Shown in pieces: positions 42,236-57,509 of a stretch of 64,000 nucleotides of DNA. The notes under the pieces were generated by a model. The model was not told the DNA's origin, searched no databases, and was given only the letters and a program-made list of their open reading frames with translations. Position numbers and translations under genes: made by a program. This stretch comes from Octopus vulgaris (Eukaryota). The stretch lies in the NCBI GenBank assembly GCA_951406725.2, contig OX597842.1, forward strand, positions 3,906,001 through 3,970,000. The letters run 5' to 3'. Position 1 is the first letter of the stretch; the number at the start of each line of letters is the position of its first letter.

Positions 42236-42350
42236 TTGGTGATGTCCTGTACTTGTGTTTTATATATATATATTCAAAATGTGACCTCGTGTGTACCGTT
42301 GTCGATTTTTTTCCTCTGTCTTCCCTTCTCTGGATATTTCCTTCTTCTAT

Positions 42351-42385
42351 GTTTCCGACGAAGAGCTCCGCTCGAAACGTTAAAT
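42351..42385 (+). ncRNA. Minimal hammerhead motif with loopless palindromic stem III
   Basis: GTTT-CCGACGA-A-GAGC-TCC-GCTC-GAAAC-GTT-AAAT. Confidence 0.55.
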
Positions 42386-42481
42386 CCCCCTTCTTTCCTT
42401 CTTTCCTGAGCGTCCAATAATACTATATTTGTTCCACGTCCTCGCGTTGTTGTGTTTTTTTTTGTTTTCTTGTTTGGATTA

Positions 42482-42555
<74 letters not shown>

Positions 42556-42754
42556 CATACATACATGCATACATACATACATACATACATACATACATAC
42601 ATACATACGTACGTACGTACGTACATACATACATACATACACACACACATATATATAAATGCATATTCGTACATACATGGAAGCAAACATACAGATAGTC
42701 AAGTACATACATGCACAGATACATACATACATACATATTATATCAGTATATGCA

Positions 42755-42841
<87 letters not shown>

Positions 42842-43102
42842 TTATATATATGTGTGTATGTATAAATATAAATAGATATATACATATCTATTAACTCCAT
42901 TTATATATATATATATATACACACATATATATACATATATATCGGAAAGTTTTGTGAAAATCACTGAATACATAATGTGGCAGTCCTGGCTGGGACGAAT
43001 GTTACTGTTATTTAGCCCGGTTTCTGGATTACTTCATCAGCAGAGAACACGTGTTTGGCTAGTGAAGGCGCTACGAAATTCCTATTCGAAAATATATAAC
43101 TT

Positions 43103-43147
43103 TCTGTGCTGACGAAGGGAAATTATCCAGAAACTGCGGTAGACGGA
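43103..43147 (+). ncRNA. Minimal hammerhead motif (G.G mismatch at the base of stem I)
   Basis: TCTGTG-CTGACGA-A-GGG-AAATTA-TCC-A-GAAAC-TGCG-GTA-GACGGA. An inverted partial copy lies at ~43015-43045. Confidence 0.6.
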
Positions 43148-43652
43148 TATTGCTTTTTGCTGAAAAATTATGGGGTTATGAAGAGACCCAAAAATATATA
43201 TTATCAGTTAGACGAATAGAATAGTGATGGAAAGATCGTAGGATTGTTAAATGAAACAATACAGTCAAAAAATGTGTTCAATGAAAATGAATACACCATA
43301 TAAAGGGAATAGAATAGGATGTGATGTTTCGGATTAAAACATTCATCAAAGAGTAATAAAAGCAATAAGAGAAGTAGCGAAAAAGAACTATAAGCAATAC
43401 TGATTATACGACGCCTCCACGTCTGTGTATATATGAGAGTGCACGACTCTGTTCAGAGACGTCTATTTTGTATCTCCCCTCGTCTTTTTTCTCTCCTCAT
43501 CTGTAGAAGAGAGTAGGCTCGAAACGATGATGACTTCTGCCATTTTTCCTGAGCGCCAACCTTAAATACTCTGTAGTTCTTTCACCAAGTTTTCCAGCTG
43601 TTTTTAAAAGAATTTTGAGGTACACATACGTAAACACACACACACGTGCGCG

Positions 43653-43699
<47 letters not shown>

Positions 43700-44160
43700 A
43701 CAAACACACGCACGCCACGCACACATGCATACATACATACACACACGCAAACATACATATACATATAAGGAGAGAAAGAGAGAAGGTGGTCAAAGAAATG
43801 GACATGCGTGTATGTATTTGAGTGTTGGTGTGTGTGCAATTGTGTATGAATGTGTGTGTGTATGTGCGCTGCGCGCGCGCGCGTGTGTGTGTGTATGTGT
43901 GTGTGTGCTGTCTGTATGCGCGCGTGCACTTCTCTTTGTTCTTGTAATTGTTTCACCCAACGCTTCACATCTGGTGTTGGTCTGTATACATCTCCGTAAG
44001 TTAGCGGTTCGACAGATCGTAACCAACAGAATAAGTACTAGATTTTATTTAAAAGAAAAACAAGAAAAGAAACGCACCAGCCTCGACCTGTGTGACAGAC
44101 CCTGTCAAGGTGGTGTCCTAGTATGGCCGCAGACTGACACAAGTAACAGATAAAACATAC

Positions 44161-44541
<381 letters not shown>

Positions 44542-45279
44542 CGTTAGATAGATGTACGTAGATAGATAGATAGTCAGATCCATAGATAGATAAATATACA
44601 TACAAATATATTTTATATGTATAAAACGTACTTTAGAAGATCTGCTTGTACTTGTACAGCTATATATAGTATTATATAATTTGGGGTGAAAGAGCTACTT
44701 ATAAGTATATAAATATATTTATACGCATAAATACAAAATGTGAGGAGTGAAAAACTTCTACAAATATATTTATTTATACATATAAAATTTAATAAACTTT
44801 GAGAGAGAGGGTCACTTGTACGTATAACAAATATATTTATAATTGTGAGATAAAATTTGGATATAGAAATAAAAATATATTTTTACGTATGAGATATAAT
44901 TTGGTGAGGGAGAGATAAAGCGGAGTATAGATAGCGTTATATTTGTTTTGCTCAGCGAATCTTATATTAAAATATGTCTGAAAAATTACATCTATCTATG
45001 TACACATGTATCTAAACCTCGCTATCGTCTAAGTACTTGTCTTTCTATGTATGTATGTATGTATGTATGTATGTATGTATGTATGTATGTATGTATGTAT
45101 GTATGTATGTATGTATGTATGTGTGTATGTATTTATGTATGTATGTATGTATGTATGTATGTGTGTGTGTGTATGTATGTATGTATGTATGTATGTATGT
45201 ATGTATGTGTGTGTATGTATGTATGTACGTATGTATGTATGTATGTATGTATGTATGTATGTATGTATCTATCTATCTT

Positions 45280-45427
<148 letters not shown>

Positions 45428-45564
45428 TTGACTATCAATCTATCGATCTGTCTCTTTCTCTCTCATTCTCTCTCTCCCTTTCTTTACCTCTCTGTTTCTC
45501 CCCCTCTCTCTGTATAGATCTATCCATATATATGTATATATGTGTGTGTGTATGCGTTGCTCTC

Positions 45565-45612
<48 letters not shown>

Positions 45613-45730
45613 CGTATATAGTAGGATCAGCAAAATGTATTCCATCCAGTGAGAGATAAATATTTAATATACGCAGGATTTAATAGCGAACAAAATCATA
45701 CAATTATAATTACATACATATAAATATGCA

Positions 45731-45775
<45 letters not shown>

Positions 45776-47192
45776 CGCATCACAATGGATTCTTCCTTCT
45801 ATTTCGGCGTACGAATATCTAACGCCATATTTCATATTCGTTTTTTTTTTTTTCAGCTCTGATGTCTATGTACGTGTGTTTTGAGACTTTAATCCAGTCA
45901 AGATTTATACATACAAATATCTTTATCCCCTCGAATTATATAATACTTTATACACAAAAATGTATTTCTTCTCTTTACACACACGCATATATATAATATA
46001 TATATATTAGAATATGTGACACGCTATTATGCCCAACCAAAATGCGAGCTAGAAAAGGCAGACGACATTAAACCAAAGTGACAGACGACAGTCAAACGAA
46101 ATGCTAAGTAGCGTGTTAAAATGTCGCCTGTTGTTGAAAAAAGGAAGAAAAATCTGTCGAATGGTCCCCACAGATGGTTTTTGATTGAAATGTCTGCAGC
46201 AAAGCAACAGACCGTTGTCTTGTGTCAATGTTTTCATTTCAGTGGGCTTTTATAAACACCAGCAAACCTTTCACCTCCATTTTGACAAAAATCAACACAG
46301 CCGTTTATGAATGAATTTAACACTCAGTTGATGTCTATGTGCGTGTGTGTGTGTATATGTGTATGTGGTTGCATGTACGTGTCTTTGTGTATGTGTGCGT
46401 AAGTGAGTGTACGTCTGTGTGTGTGTGTACATGCTTACATCTATTTCATACGACATTCGATATATATGTATATATATATGTACACATGAGTTTGAATACG
46501 TATAAGTGTGTATACGCGTTAGCATGCGCACTTGTTTGTGTCTATATGTGTATGTGTGTTTGTGTGTATTTGTTTGTATGTGTTTGTGCGTATGTGTTTG
46601 TGTGTATATGTATGTTTGTATGTGTTTGTGTGTGAATGTGTGTGCGTGTGCGTATAGAAATTTATATACATAGATACACACAAAGACATGTCTCTCACTC
46701 TTTTCTCTCTCCCTCTCTACATATACATATATACACACATTCATACGTATCTTTTATGTGTGTGTATATATATATATATATTCTTTGTCTGATATCAGTC
46801 TTTGGGATTTGGTGATTGCGAGGCACCCCTAACGATGGCTCTTTAACCCTCTCCATCTGTTTCTGGTTCTTGGTGAACGAGGGAGGGACTTTGATATTGT
46901 TACCCTCATTTCAGTGTCATACCCTCACGTGGGCCAATTTGAGTTTTTACACAGTCTTATGTCCATATGTCCTGTACAGTAGCTTCGCGCCTAACACATA
47001 CATCGCTCGTATTTTGAGGGGAGGGGCAACATATTGAAGTCCATTCATTTTCCAGCCTTTGCTTTAGCAATGATTTGTTGTTGATCAGGTCTTGTTTTGA
47101 TGTGCTTGTATGCCTCAGTGACACACAGACATATTCTAGCGAAGAGAAATTCATATTCACATCACATATGCGCACGAAGATATAGATATATA

Positions 47193-47236
<44 letters not shown>

Positions 47237-47349
47237 TTTGTGTGTGTGTGTGTGAATCTTTTATTTTTTATCTTCTATTTGTTTCAGTCATTAAACTGTG
47301 GTCACCCGGCAAGTGTCTTCTACTATACTGGAACCTCTGTCGTCATAAC

Positions 47350-47605
47350 CGACAGAGTGCTAGTGTCCTTAAGCAAGACACTTTACTTCACATTGCTCCA
47401 GTCCACTCAGCTGGGAAAAATAGGTTGTACCTTTATTTCAAAGAGGCCAGCCATGTCACATTCTGTGTCACACTGAATCTCCCTGAGAACTACTTCAAGT
47501 GTATACATGTCTGTGGAGTACTCAACAACTTGCACGTTAGTTTCAAGAGCAAGCTGTTCCGTTGATCGGATCAACCAGAACCATTGTCATCGTAACCAAT
47601 GGAAG
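47350..47605 (+). mobile_element. Probable SINE body (distinct family)
   Basis: GTGTCCTTAAGCAAGACACTT..CTCCAGTCCACTCAGCTG core motif typical of metazoan SINE central domains. Confidence 0.6.
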
Positions 47606-48049
47606 AAAGGAAAAAGAAAAAGATCTGCAACGCGAGAATAAGACACGGGCATTCTACAATGGTTTCCTGTTAAGCGATTTGAACAGCTCCCAAGTACCGA
47701 CGTCTAATACTTGCATTTCAAACACCTCCCTTCTATAAAACGGAATATCTTCGTTCTTAACAGTGTAGTTTGAGTTTCTCTCAGTATTTCCAGCTGGTTT
47801 ATCAGCCGTATATTTTGGCAATCATTTCCGTGTCATACCATTTAGGAAGTTTCGTGTTTAGGGCTTAGTTTAACAATATGGCCGTCATATTTGGGGAAAA
47901 GAATAATATAACATATTCTTCAAAGAACCATACAATGTGTATGACAGTAGATATGTATGTCTCTCTCTTTCCATTTTTCTCAGTTTCTGTGTTTTCTCTC
48001 TCTCCTCTCACTTTCACTCTCTCTCTATATATATATATGTATACATACA

Positions 48050-48085
<36 letters not shown>

Positions 48086-48112
48086 TATGTATACATATAC
48101 ATATATATATAC

Positions 48113-48194
<82 letters not shown>

Positions 48195-48263
48195 AGTGAG
48201 AGAGAAAGACATACGCATATACACATCTACACGCATTGTTTTTGTCTCTTTAAATAATGTATA

Positions 48264-48308
<45 letters not shown>

Positions 48309-48675
48309 TGTGTGTGTATGTGTATACATACATACTTACATGTGTGTTTGTGTGTGTGCGTGTATATATGTACGTACGTATATGTATGTATGCCGCTATG
48401 TACGTATGTATATAGTTATGTATGTATATGTAACCTTATAAACAAAGTATCACGTTTATATATGTATGTATGTACGTCCGTATGTACGTACGTACGTATG
48501 TATGTACGTACGTACGTATGTATGTATGTATGTATGTATGTATGTATGTATGTATGTATGGAGGGTTGTATGTATGTACCAGTATATACGTATATACACG
48601 TGTGCGTTTGTGTGTGGATGCAAGCGTGCCCTGGTTTGTATTCCTTCTGATCTCATATAAAAACAAACAGAACGT

Positions 48676-48721
<46 letters not shown>

Positions 48722-49254
48722 GCACACACGCATGTTGACATATATATTTTGCATATTCTTTGTGCGTGTAAGTGTGTCTGCGTACATAAATATATATACA
48801 AATGTTTTTTGTTTCTGTTACTCCATAATTAATTCAAATGTATTTTGATCTACACACATACATTCAAACGCGCACATATACGCCATCTTATATATATATA
48901 TATATAAGTATATGTGTGTCTGTGTGTACGTGTGTGTGTATGTTTGTATGTATGTATACACGGCCTCGTATATGCATACATATATCTGTGCCTTTTATCT
49001 TTATATAAATAAATAGGCGCCCACGCATATATGTATATTCGTACGCATGCTCCGTATCTTTCCCTCTCTCCCTCTCTATCTCTTTCTTTCTCTCTCTCTC
49101 TCTATCTCTCTCTCTCCTTAGGTCTATATGTGTGCATACGTATCTACACATACGAGTATATGTGTGTATTTTAACACGTCATTTAGACATATATATCTGT
49201 GTGTGTATGTGAGTGTGTGTATGGTGCACGCGCGTGCACACGTACGTTCATGCA

Positions 49255-49296
<42 letters not shown>

Positions 49297-49430
49297 GCGG
49301 GATAGGGTGGAGAGGGTGTCCTGTGTGTTTGTACAACAGGAGCACGTGTTCGTCTGAAATTTTACTCCACAAAGAAAAGTAATGTTGAGTCGTAGTAGTG
49401 GTGGTGCTGGCGATGGTAATGGTAGTGTTG

Positions 49431-49539
<109 letters not shown>

Positions 49540-49589
49540 CAATGATAATAGAGATGTTAATTATAATGACGTTCGCAACAACGGCGATT

Positions 49590-50770
49590 GCCTCTAATAC
49601 TAATTAGTGTACTAAACATTGGATAATGTAGTCCTAGGTACACTGTGTCTAATTAAACGGTAAGTTTGCTACATCTGGGATATCCTAGATCATTTGTCTG
49701 CTGGATCAGGACTGACCTGTGGCTAAACAACATATATAACCACCACTACTAGCTACCATATGTATGCATCAGATAATGTTGTCTTAGAAACACGCTGAAT
49801 AAAAAATGGGATGGTCACATATGGAACAGGACTGACTTGGGGCTAAATAACAACAACATCAGTAACTGCAACCACAAATGCTAACTACATTACTATACAT
49901 TAGTTAATGTAGATTTAAATACATAAGACGTGTGAATATAAGGTGGAATGGTCACAGTTGGAACGTCTTTGATCATAAGTCTGTTGGTTCACAACTGACC
50001 TGTGCTACACCAACAAGTGCTATTGCCACTTAAACAAACCACTACACCATACATTAGTGTAGTCCTAGATACACTATGTCAGAATAAAATTGGAATGTCC
50101 CTAGCTGGAGCATCTTTGATCAGCGGTCCACCAGGTCAGGACTGTCCTAGGATTAAACAACGACAGCAACTATAACCACTAATACTAACTACTATACTAT
50201 ACATTAAATAATGTACTCCTAGATACACTATGCCTGAATAAAAGATGGGATGGTCACAATCGAAATATCTATGATCATAAGTCTGTTGGATCTGGACTGA
50301 CATGGGGTTAAACAACAACAACAGCCAGTAATGCTATCTACAATATTACACATTAGATAATGTAGTCCTAGATACTAGATACACTACGCCTGAATAAAAG
50401 ACGGGATGATCACAAGTGGAGCAACTTTGATCATAGGTCTGTGTAGACAGGACTGACTTGGGGCTAAACAGCAACAATTATAGCCACTAATACTAACTAC
50501 TTATATTTGTACACTAAATAATGTAGTCCTAGATACATTATGCCTGAATAAAAGATGGGATGGTCACAGCTGGAACAGCTTTGATTACAGGTCAACCGGA
50601 TCGTGATTGAAAAACAGCGACACCTCTTAGTCACTAATAGTAACTCCTATGCTAAATATTATCTACTGTAGTCCAAGATACACTATGCCAGATTAAAAGA
50701 TAGCATGGTCCCATATGTAACATATTTGATCTCAGGTCTCTAGATCAGAAGTGGCCTGGGGCTAAACGAA
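49590..50770 (+). repeat. Tandem array (~8 units) of the ~150-bp repeat
   Basis: GTAGTCCTAGATACACT and GGGGCTAAA(C/T)AAC recur at ~135-160 bp spacing. Confidence 0.9.
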
Positions 50771-51639
50771 ATCAGGAACAATAAAACCATATCAATATTC
50801 CGCTTTATGTCCGCCATATTGTTTATATTCGCCGTTAAATCTTTCGTTTCGTTTTGTTGTATCAGATTTCAGAGAAACGTTTTATTAATTTAATTAAGCA
50901 ACATCCGCCATATTGTCCATGTCTACATGTGTTTGTTTGTGAGCGTTTGTGTATCTGTGCGAGTGTGTATGGGCATGTGTGTATATGTGTGAAAGAGAGA
51001 GAGAGAGTATGCGTGTGTGTGTGTGTGTGAGATAGAGAGTGAGAGAGAGAGTTTGTATGTGTGTGTATGAGAGAGAGTAGAGAGAAAGGAAATGTGTGCG
51101 TGTATATGTGTGTGAAGTACGGAATGTGTGTGTATGTGTGAGTGTGAAAGAGAGAGAGAGTGTGTGTGTGTGTTTGAAAGAGAGAGAGGGTATGTCTGTG
51201 TGTGTATGTATGTGTGTGAGAGAGAGAGGGGGAATATGAATGTGTGTGTGTGTGCATATGCATGTGTGAGTGAGAGAGTATATATGTGTATGTATGAGTG
51301 GTGTATGTGTGTTTATGTGAGTGTGTGTGTGTGGTTATGTGTGTTAATGAAAGGGATTATGTGTGTGTGTGTGCGTGTGCATGAATGAGTGTATGTATGT
51401 GTATGTGTGTGTGTGTGTGTGTGTGTGTATGAAACGAAACTACCTTTAGTTTATGTAAAAGTTATGATCTGTAATGGTGACGGCGATGGCTACCCTGGTT
51501 GTAGCGGTGGTGGTGTTGATGTCATGAGTGGTGGTCGTAATGGGAAAGCCGATAATGGTGGTGTTGGTGATGTTAGTGGTTGTGCTGGAGGCGGTATAGA
51601 GGTGTAGTCACTGTTATAGTTGTTGATGTTCTCGTCTTT

Positions 51640-51719
<80 letters not shown>

Positions 51720-52315
51720 CGTTATTGTTGTTGTTGTTGGCTGTGGTGGTGAAGAGTCCGTGGTTGCTTCGTAAGAATAATATTGTTGTGGCTTCTGCCG
51801 TTGTCTCAGCGTTTTGTACGTGTTGTTCTTGTCGTTACTAATGTCATTGACGTTTCTCTTCTTCTGATGCTTGTTGCTCATGTTCTTCTTATGGTTATTG
51901 TTGTTCCTTTTGTCCTTCCTGCTATTTCTTGCTATTGTTTTTAGCGTTGCGTTTACACAAGTTCTTACTTTTCTTAGTTGTTGCTGTTGTTGTTGTTGTT
52001 GTTGTTCTTTTTCTTCGTCCAATTCTTCTTCTTCTTCTTCTTCTTTTTCTTCTTCTTCCAATTCTTCTTCTTCTTCTTCTTTTTCTTCTTCTTCCGATTC
52101 TTCTTCTTCTTCTTTTTCTTCTTCTTCTTCTTCTTCTTCTTCTTCTTCTTCTTCTTCTTCTTCTTCTTCTTCTTCTTCTTCTTCTTCTCTTTTTCCCCAT
52201 TCCTCTTCTTCTTCTTCTTCTTCTCCTTCCTCTTCTTCTTCTTCTTCTTCCGATTCTTCTTCTTCTTCCGATTCTTCTTCTTCTTCCAGTTCTTCTTCCA
52301 GTTCTTCTTCTTCTT

Positions 52316-52424
<109 letters not shown>

Positions 52425-52664
52425 CAACATTTCTTCCTCTCCTTCTAATTCTTCTTACTATTACTGTTAAGATTGCGAGTTTGCATAATCGTCAGTATGC
52501 CGAACAAAGTGATCGTCTGTATTTCTTCTGGATTTCTGTTCTAAGTTCAATTGCCATCGACGGCTGTTGTAATTGTTTCTAGTGTTTTCGTTATCGCTGT
52601 AAATGTTGTTCCTATTATAACTACTACTACTGCTGCTGCTGCTACAGTTACAAAAATATTCTCT

Positions 52665-52920
52665 CTGTTGTTGTCAAACTCATAAGCGATCAAAGATGTT
52701 CCAGCTATGACCCTCTCATCATTTATTCAGGCATAGTGTATCTAGGACTACATTATCTAATGTATAATATTGTAGTTAGTACTAGTGGCTATAGCTGTTG
52801 TTATTGATGCTTAGCAATTGTTCACTCCTGATCTAGCAAGTCAATGATCAAAGACCTTCCAACTGTGACCTTCCTACCTTTAATTCAAGCATGGTGTATT
52901 TAGTACTACATTATGTAACC
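52665..52920 (-). repeat. Inverted ~2 units of the ~150-bp repeat
   Basis: AGTGTATCTAGGACTACATTATCTAATGTA is the reverse complement of the unit core. Confidence 0.85.
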
Positions 52921-52985
52921 TGTTCCCAAGCAATTTTAGAAAAACTGTAGTTCTGATTTTATGGAGATTTTGCTACTATCTCATT

Positions 52986-53058
<73 letters not shown>

Positions 53059-53096
53059 CAACAGCAGCAGCAGTAGTAGTAGTAGTAGCAGCAGGT

Positions 53097-53130
<34 letters not shown>

Positions 53131-53481
53131 TCAAAAGCCGTCACCCTCACCACATCCAAACCCCACCACAGCCGTCGGAGACAATGACATCATCAGGCTT
53201 ACCGGAAGTAACCTAATAATACACAATTAGTCACTAATGCACTTACATAAATGCATACATCTATATACACGCATATACATATACATAAATACATATATAC
53301 GCACAACCCTATATACATACATACATATACACTCACACACACACATAACAATCTGCAAACATACATGTATAGCATATACACATATATACATACATACAGA
53401 CAGACACACACACACATACACATATACATACGTACATAGACAGACAGACGGACAGACAAACAGAGAGACAGACAGACAGGC

Positions 53482-53606
<125 letters not shown>

Positions 53607-54674
53607 CATTCATTCATGCATACATGTTCACACGTAGGTATATATATATATATATATAGACTTTGTATACATACATCTATACTAAATATACACGCAGAGA
53701 GGCAATCAGGCACACATTCACCGATACAAATACTCACTCACACACACATACATACACACACAACCACACACATATATATATAAATATATATATATATACA
53801 TTCATATACATAATCATTCACAGACACATGCATATACTCGAACGCACGCAAGTGTTTCCACACATACAAAGACAGAAGCATACACACACATACACACACA
53901 TACACTCATTAAAGGTAGACACATGAGCATATACACACATACACAAGCATATAAATGTACATATATTCATATACACTTATATATATATATAATCATATAC
54001 GCATCTGCCTCAGTGATTGGCGGGAATGAAGGAGCGGAAGCAAAGGGAAACAATTGTTGCCCGGATGTGCATGTGCAGTAATGGCGTCAGGGACACATCT
54101 AAACATGCACACACACACACACACACGTCTTCTCGCATGCATACACACAAACACATATATATATATATACGCACACATTCACACACACGCACGCGCGCTG
54201 GCAGACGCAGACGATAAGAGACACAAGGATAAAGAAAGATAGAAAGATAGCCTGAAAGATAAACACAGACATACAGACAGAGACAAACATAAATACATGG
54301 ATAAATGCACCTGTGCACATACATACACATATACATATACATAGGTATAGAAATACTACACATACATGCATACACACATTCACACACACATATATATATA
54401 CGTCTGTATATACAGACTGAAAGACAGACAGACAGAGACATATATATAGATATAGTTATACACAAACGTATATATGTACATGGAGACATATACACACATA
54501 CATGCATAAAGAATATTCAAATATACATAGATTCATGTATACACACATTGATACACCATACATATATACAATCATAAATACATACATACATACAGACATA
54601 GGTACACACATAAATATATACCCTTACATATGAACACACATACACACATATATATATATGTATGCATATGTATC

Positions 54675-54824
<150 letters not shown>

Positions 54825-54893
54825 ATGTATATTTACATATATGCATATCCATGTTTGTAATATGTAAATGTGAAATCCATATATATGGATTGC

Positions 54894-54925
<32 letters not shown>

Positions 54926-55305
54926 TTACATAGACTTCTTTAACAAAATCTCGGAAACAAAAGATCAAAAGCTCCAACAGCTTTCAACCGGTTTCGAACC
55001 GGTTGAAAGCTTTTAAATATTCTTAATGAATTCGCTTTTGCTTGAGTCTTGTTGGGGATAATAACTGAAAGGGGCAGGAGGGGGACCGAGGAGAAGGAAG
55101 AGGAGCTGGAAGAATGGAGTTTAGGAGAGAAAATGGTGGTGAGGGTGATTGTGGTGGTGGTGGTGAGGGTGGTGGTGGTGGTGGTAATTTCCATTTAGAG
55201 ACAGGATTCTTTATACGTTGGCATTGGATGATGTGGTCAAGACGTTCTGTTTTAACATACATACGTAGATACATATACATACATATATTCGTACAAACAC
55301 ACACA

Positions 55306-55336
<31 letters not shown>

Positions 55337-55344
55337 GCGCGCAT

Positions 55345-55555
55345 GTACTCTTTACTCTTTCACTTGTTTCAGTCATTTGACTGTTGCCATGCTGGGGCAC
55401 CGCCTTTAGTCGAGCAAATTGACTCCAGGGCTTATACTTTGTAAGCCTAATACTTATTCTATCGGTCTCTTTCGCCGAACCGCTAAATTACGGGGACATA
55501 AACACACCAGCATCGGTTGTCAAGCAATGCTAGTGGGACAAACGCAGACACACAA

Positions 55556-55594
<39 letters not shown>

Positions 55595-55750
55595 CATATA
55601 TAGCTTCTTTCAGTTTCCGTCTACCAAATCCACTCACAAGGCTTTGGTCGGCTTGAGGCGATAGTTGGAGACACTTGCCCAAGGTGCCACGCAGTGGGAC
55701 TGAACCCGGAACCATGTAAGCAAGCTACTTACCACACAGCCACTCCTACG
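55345..55750 (-). mobile_element. SINE family A
   Basis: Family consensus on the minus strand. Confidence 0.85.
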
Positions 55751-56047
55751 TATATATATATATATATATACAGACACACATACATATATATACATACATG
55801 CATGCATACATACATACATATATATACATACATACATACATACATACATACATACATACATACATACATACATACATACATAAATACATACATAAATACA
55901 TACATACGTACATACATACATACATATGTACATACATACATACATACATAAACGGCGGTGAAATAAACTAGTTGAAATAAAAATGAAATAAATAAAAAAC
56001 ATACATATGTACCTATATAAATATATGTATGTGTATGTAATTATGTA

Positions 56048-56098
<51 letters not shown>

Positions 56099-56181
56099 AA
56101 GGGTGAAAAGCAACACACGAGTTGATATATATGAAAAAACAAGTCAAAATAGAAAATGCTAAAATAATTTTATAAAGAACA

Positions 56182-56225
56182 TTTCAGTACCGGTTTCGGT
56201 CATTTTGAGACCTTTTCAACTGTAA
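56182..56225 (-). ncRNA. Minimal hammerhead motif, U3:A8 core variant
   Basis: TTACAG-TTGAAAA-GGTC-TCAAAAT-GACC-GAAAC-CG-GTA-CTGAAA. Confidence 0.7.
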
Positions 56226-56479
56226 CGATTAAATAATTAAATTTAGAAAAATCAAAAGAAAAGTATTTTTAAAGGAATATTTGTATAGTGTTCAAATATA
56301 AGTGGCATTCTGCCTTTCTCTGTCTCCCTTGTTTGCACTTGTGTGTTCGAGGCCGTTGTGAACGGGAACGTGAAACTCAGAGTAACAGGTTTTGTTGAAT
56401 TTTCTGCTGCTTGCTTTAAATAAAGCATATTACTCTACCACTGGTATTTGAGTACTCTTTTTCCACCTTGTTTCACATT

Positions 56480-56557
<78 letters not shown>

Positions 56558-56686
56558 GGTTGTATACTGTCAATCTAACAAGAACGTGACAGTAGGGGGT
56601 ACACCACCGTTATATAGCCCTATGAGGCATCGAACGCCTCCTGACATACGAAGGGGAGACAAACACCCCCAACTGCCGGAACTGCA

Positions 56687-56732
56687 TCTAGGGACACCGT
56701 GTTTCAGGATCATTGTCCTTCATCGGCCTAGA
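56687..56732 (-). ncRNA. Type I hammerhead motif (CCGAUGA variant)
   Basis: TCTAGG-CCGATGA-AGGA-CAATGA-TCCT-GAAA-CA-CGG-TG-TC-CCTAGA. Confidence 0.75.
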
Positions 56733-56947
56733 GTAGCAGAGACCGGTCAGCTGGCGATGTCTGTCTCGACTTCGTATCTGTATATATCTATAGTCAGTGA
56801 AGTCTATTCACTGATTATCAAAATAAGAAATATTGAGTTTCTAAATCTCTCGTAGAGAGGTGTACGGTGGTGGAGCGATATAATGGTTGTATACTGTCAA
56901 TCTAACAAGAACGTGACAGTAGGGGGTACACCACCGTTATATAGCCC

Positions 56948-56993
56948 TCTAGGCCGATGAAGGACAATGATCCTGAAACACGGTGTCCCTAGA
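56948..56993 (+). ncRNA. Type I hammerhead motif (CCGAUGA variant), inverted twin
   Basis: Same sequence as 56687-56732, on the opposite strand. Confidence 0.75.
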
Positions 56994-57215
56994 TGCAATT
57001 CCGGCAGTTGGGGGTGTTTGTCTCCCCTTCGTATGTGTATATAAGGACACAGGATAAAATGTGTCGAAGCTGTCAGGAGGCGTTCGATGCCTCCTAGGGC
57101 TATATAACGGTGGTGTACCCCCTACTGTCACGTTCTTGTTAGATTGACAGTATACAACCATTATATCGCTCCACCACCGTACACCTCTCTACGAGAGATT
57201 TAGAAACTCAATATT

Positions 57216-57300
<85 letters not shown>

Positions 57301-57394
57301 GAAATGAGGTAATCAGAAGATCGGATGGTTTATATTTACAGATATTTATTTATATATTTCATTTTTTATATATATATATCTCATATCACTTAGA

Positions 57395-57435
57395 TCATTA
57401 GCGCTTTCTCCCATTCTAGTGGGGTTTTCAAATCA
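57395..57435 (-). ncRNA. Degenerate hammerhead motif, U3:A8 variant
   Basis: TGAT-TTGAAAA-C-CCCA-CTAGAA-TGGG-A-GAAA-GCGC-TA-ATGA. Stem I is weak. Confidence 0.5.
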
Positions 57436-57443
57436 AAATAAGT

Positions 57444-57506
<63 letters not shown>

Positions 57507-57509
<3 letters not shown>

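Larger units (their letters stand above)
56553..57219. mobile_element. Penelope-like terminal cassette (direct plus inverted repeats) in (TA)n
   Basis: Direct repeat 56553-56620 / 56880-56947. 56948-57219 is an inverted copy of the unit. Two hammerheads in opposite orientation. Confidence 0.75.

Noticed and set aside
46790-47130. Complex island possibly coding on the minus strand
   Set aside because: No recognisable motif and multiple stops.
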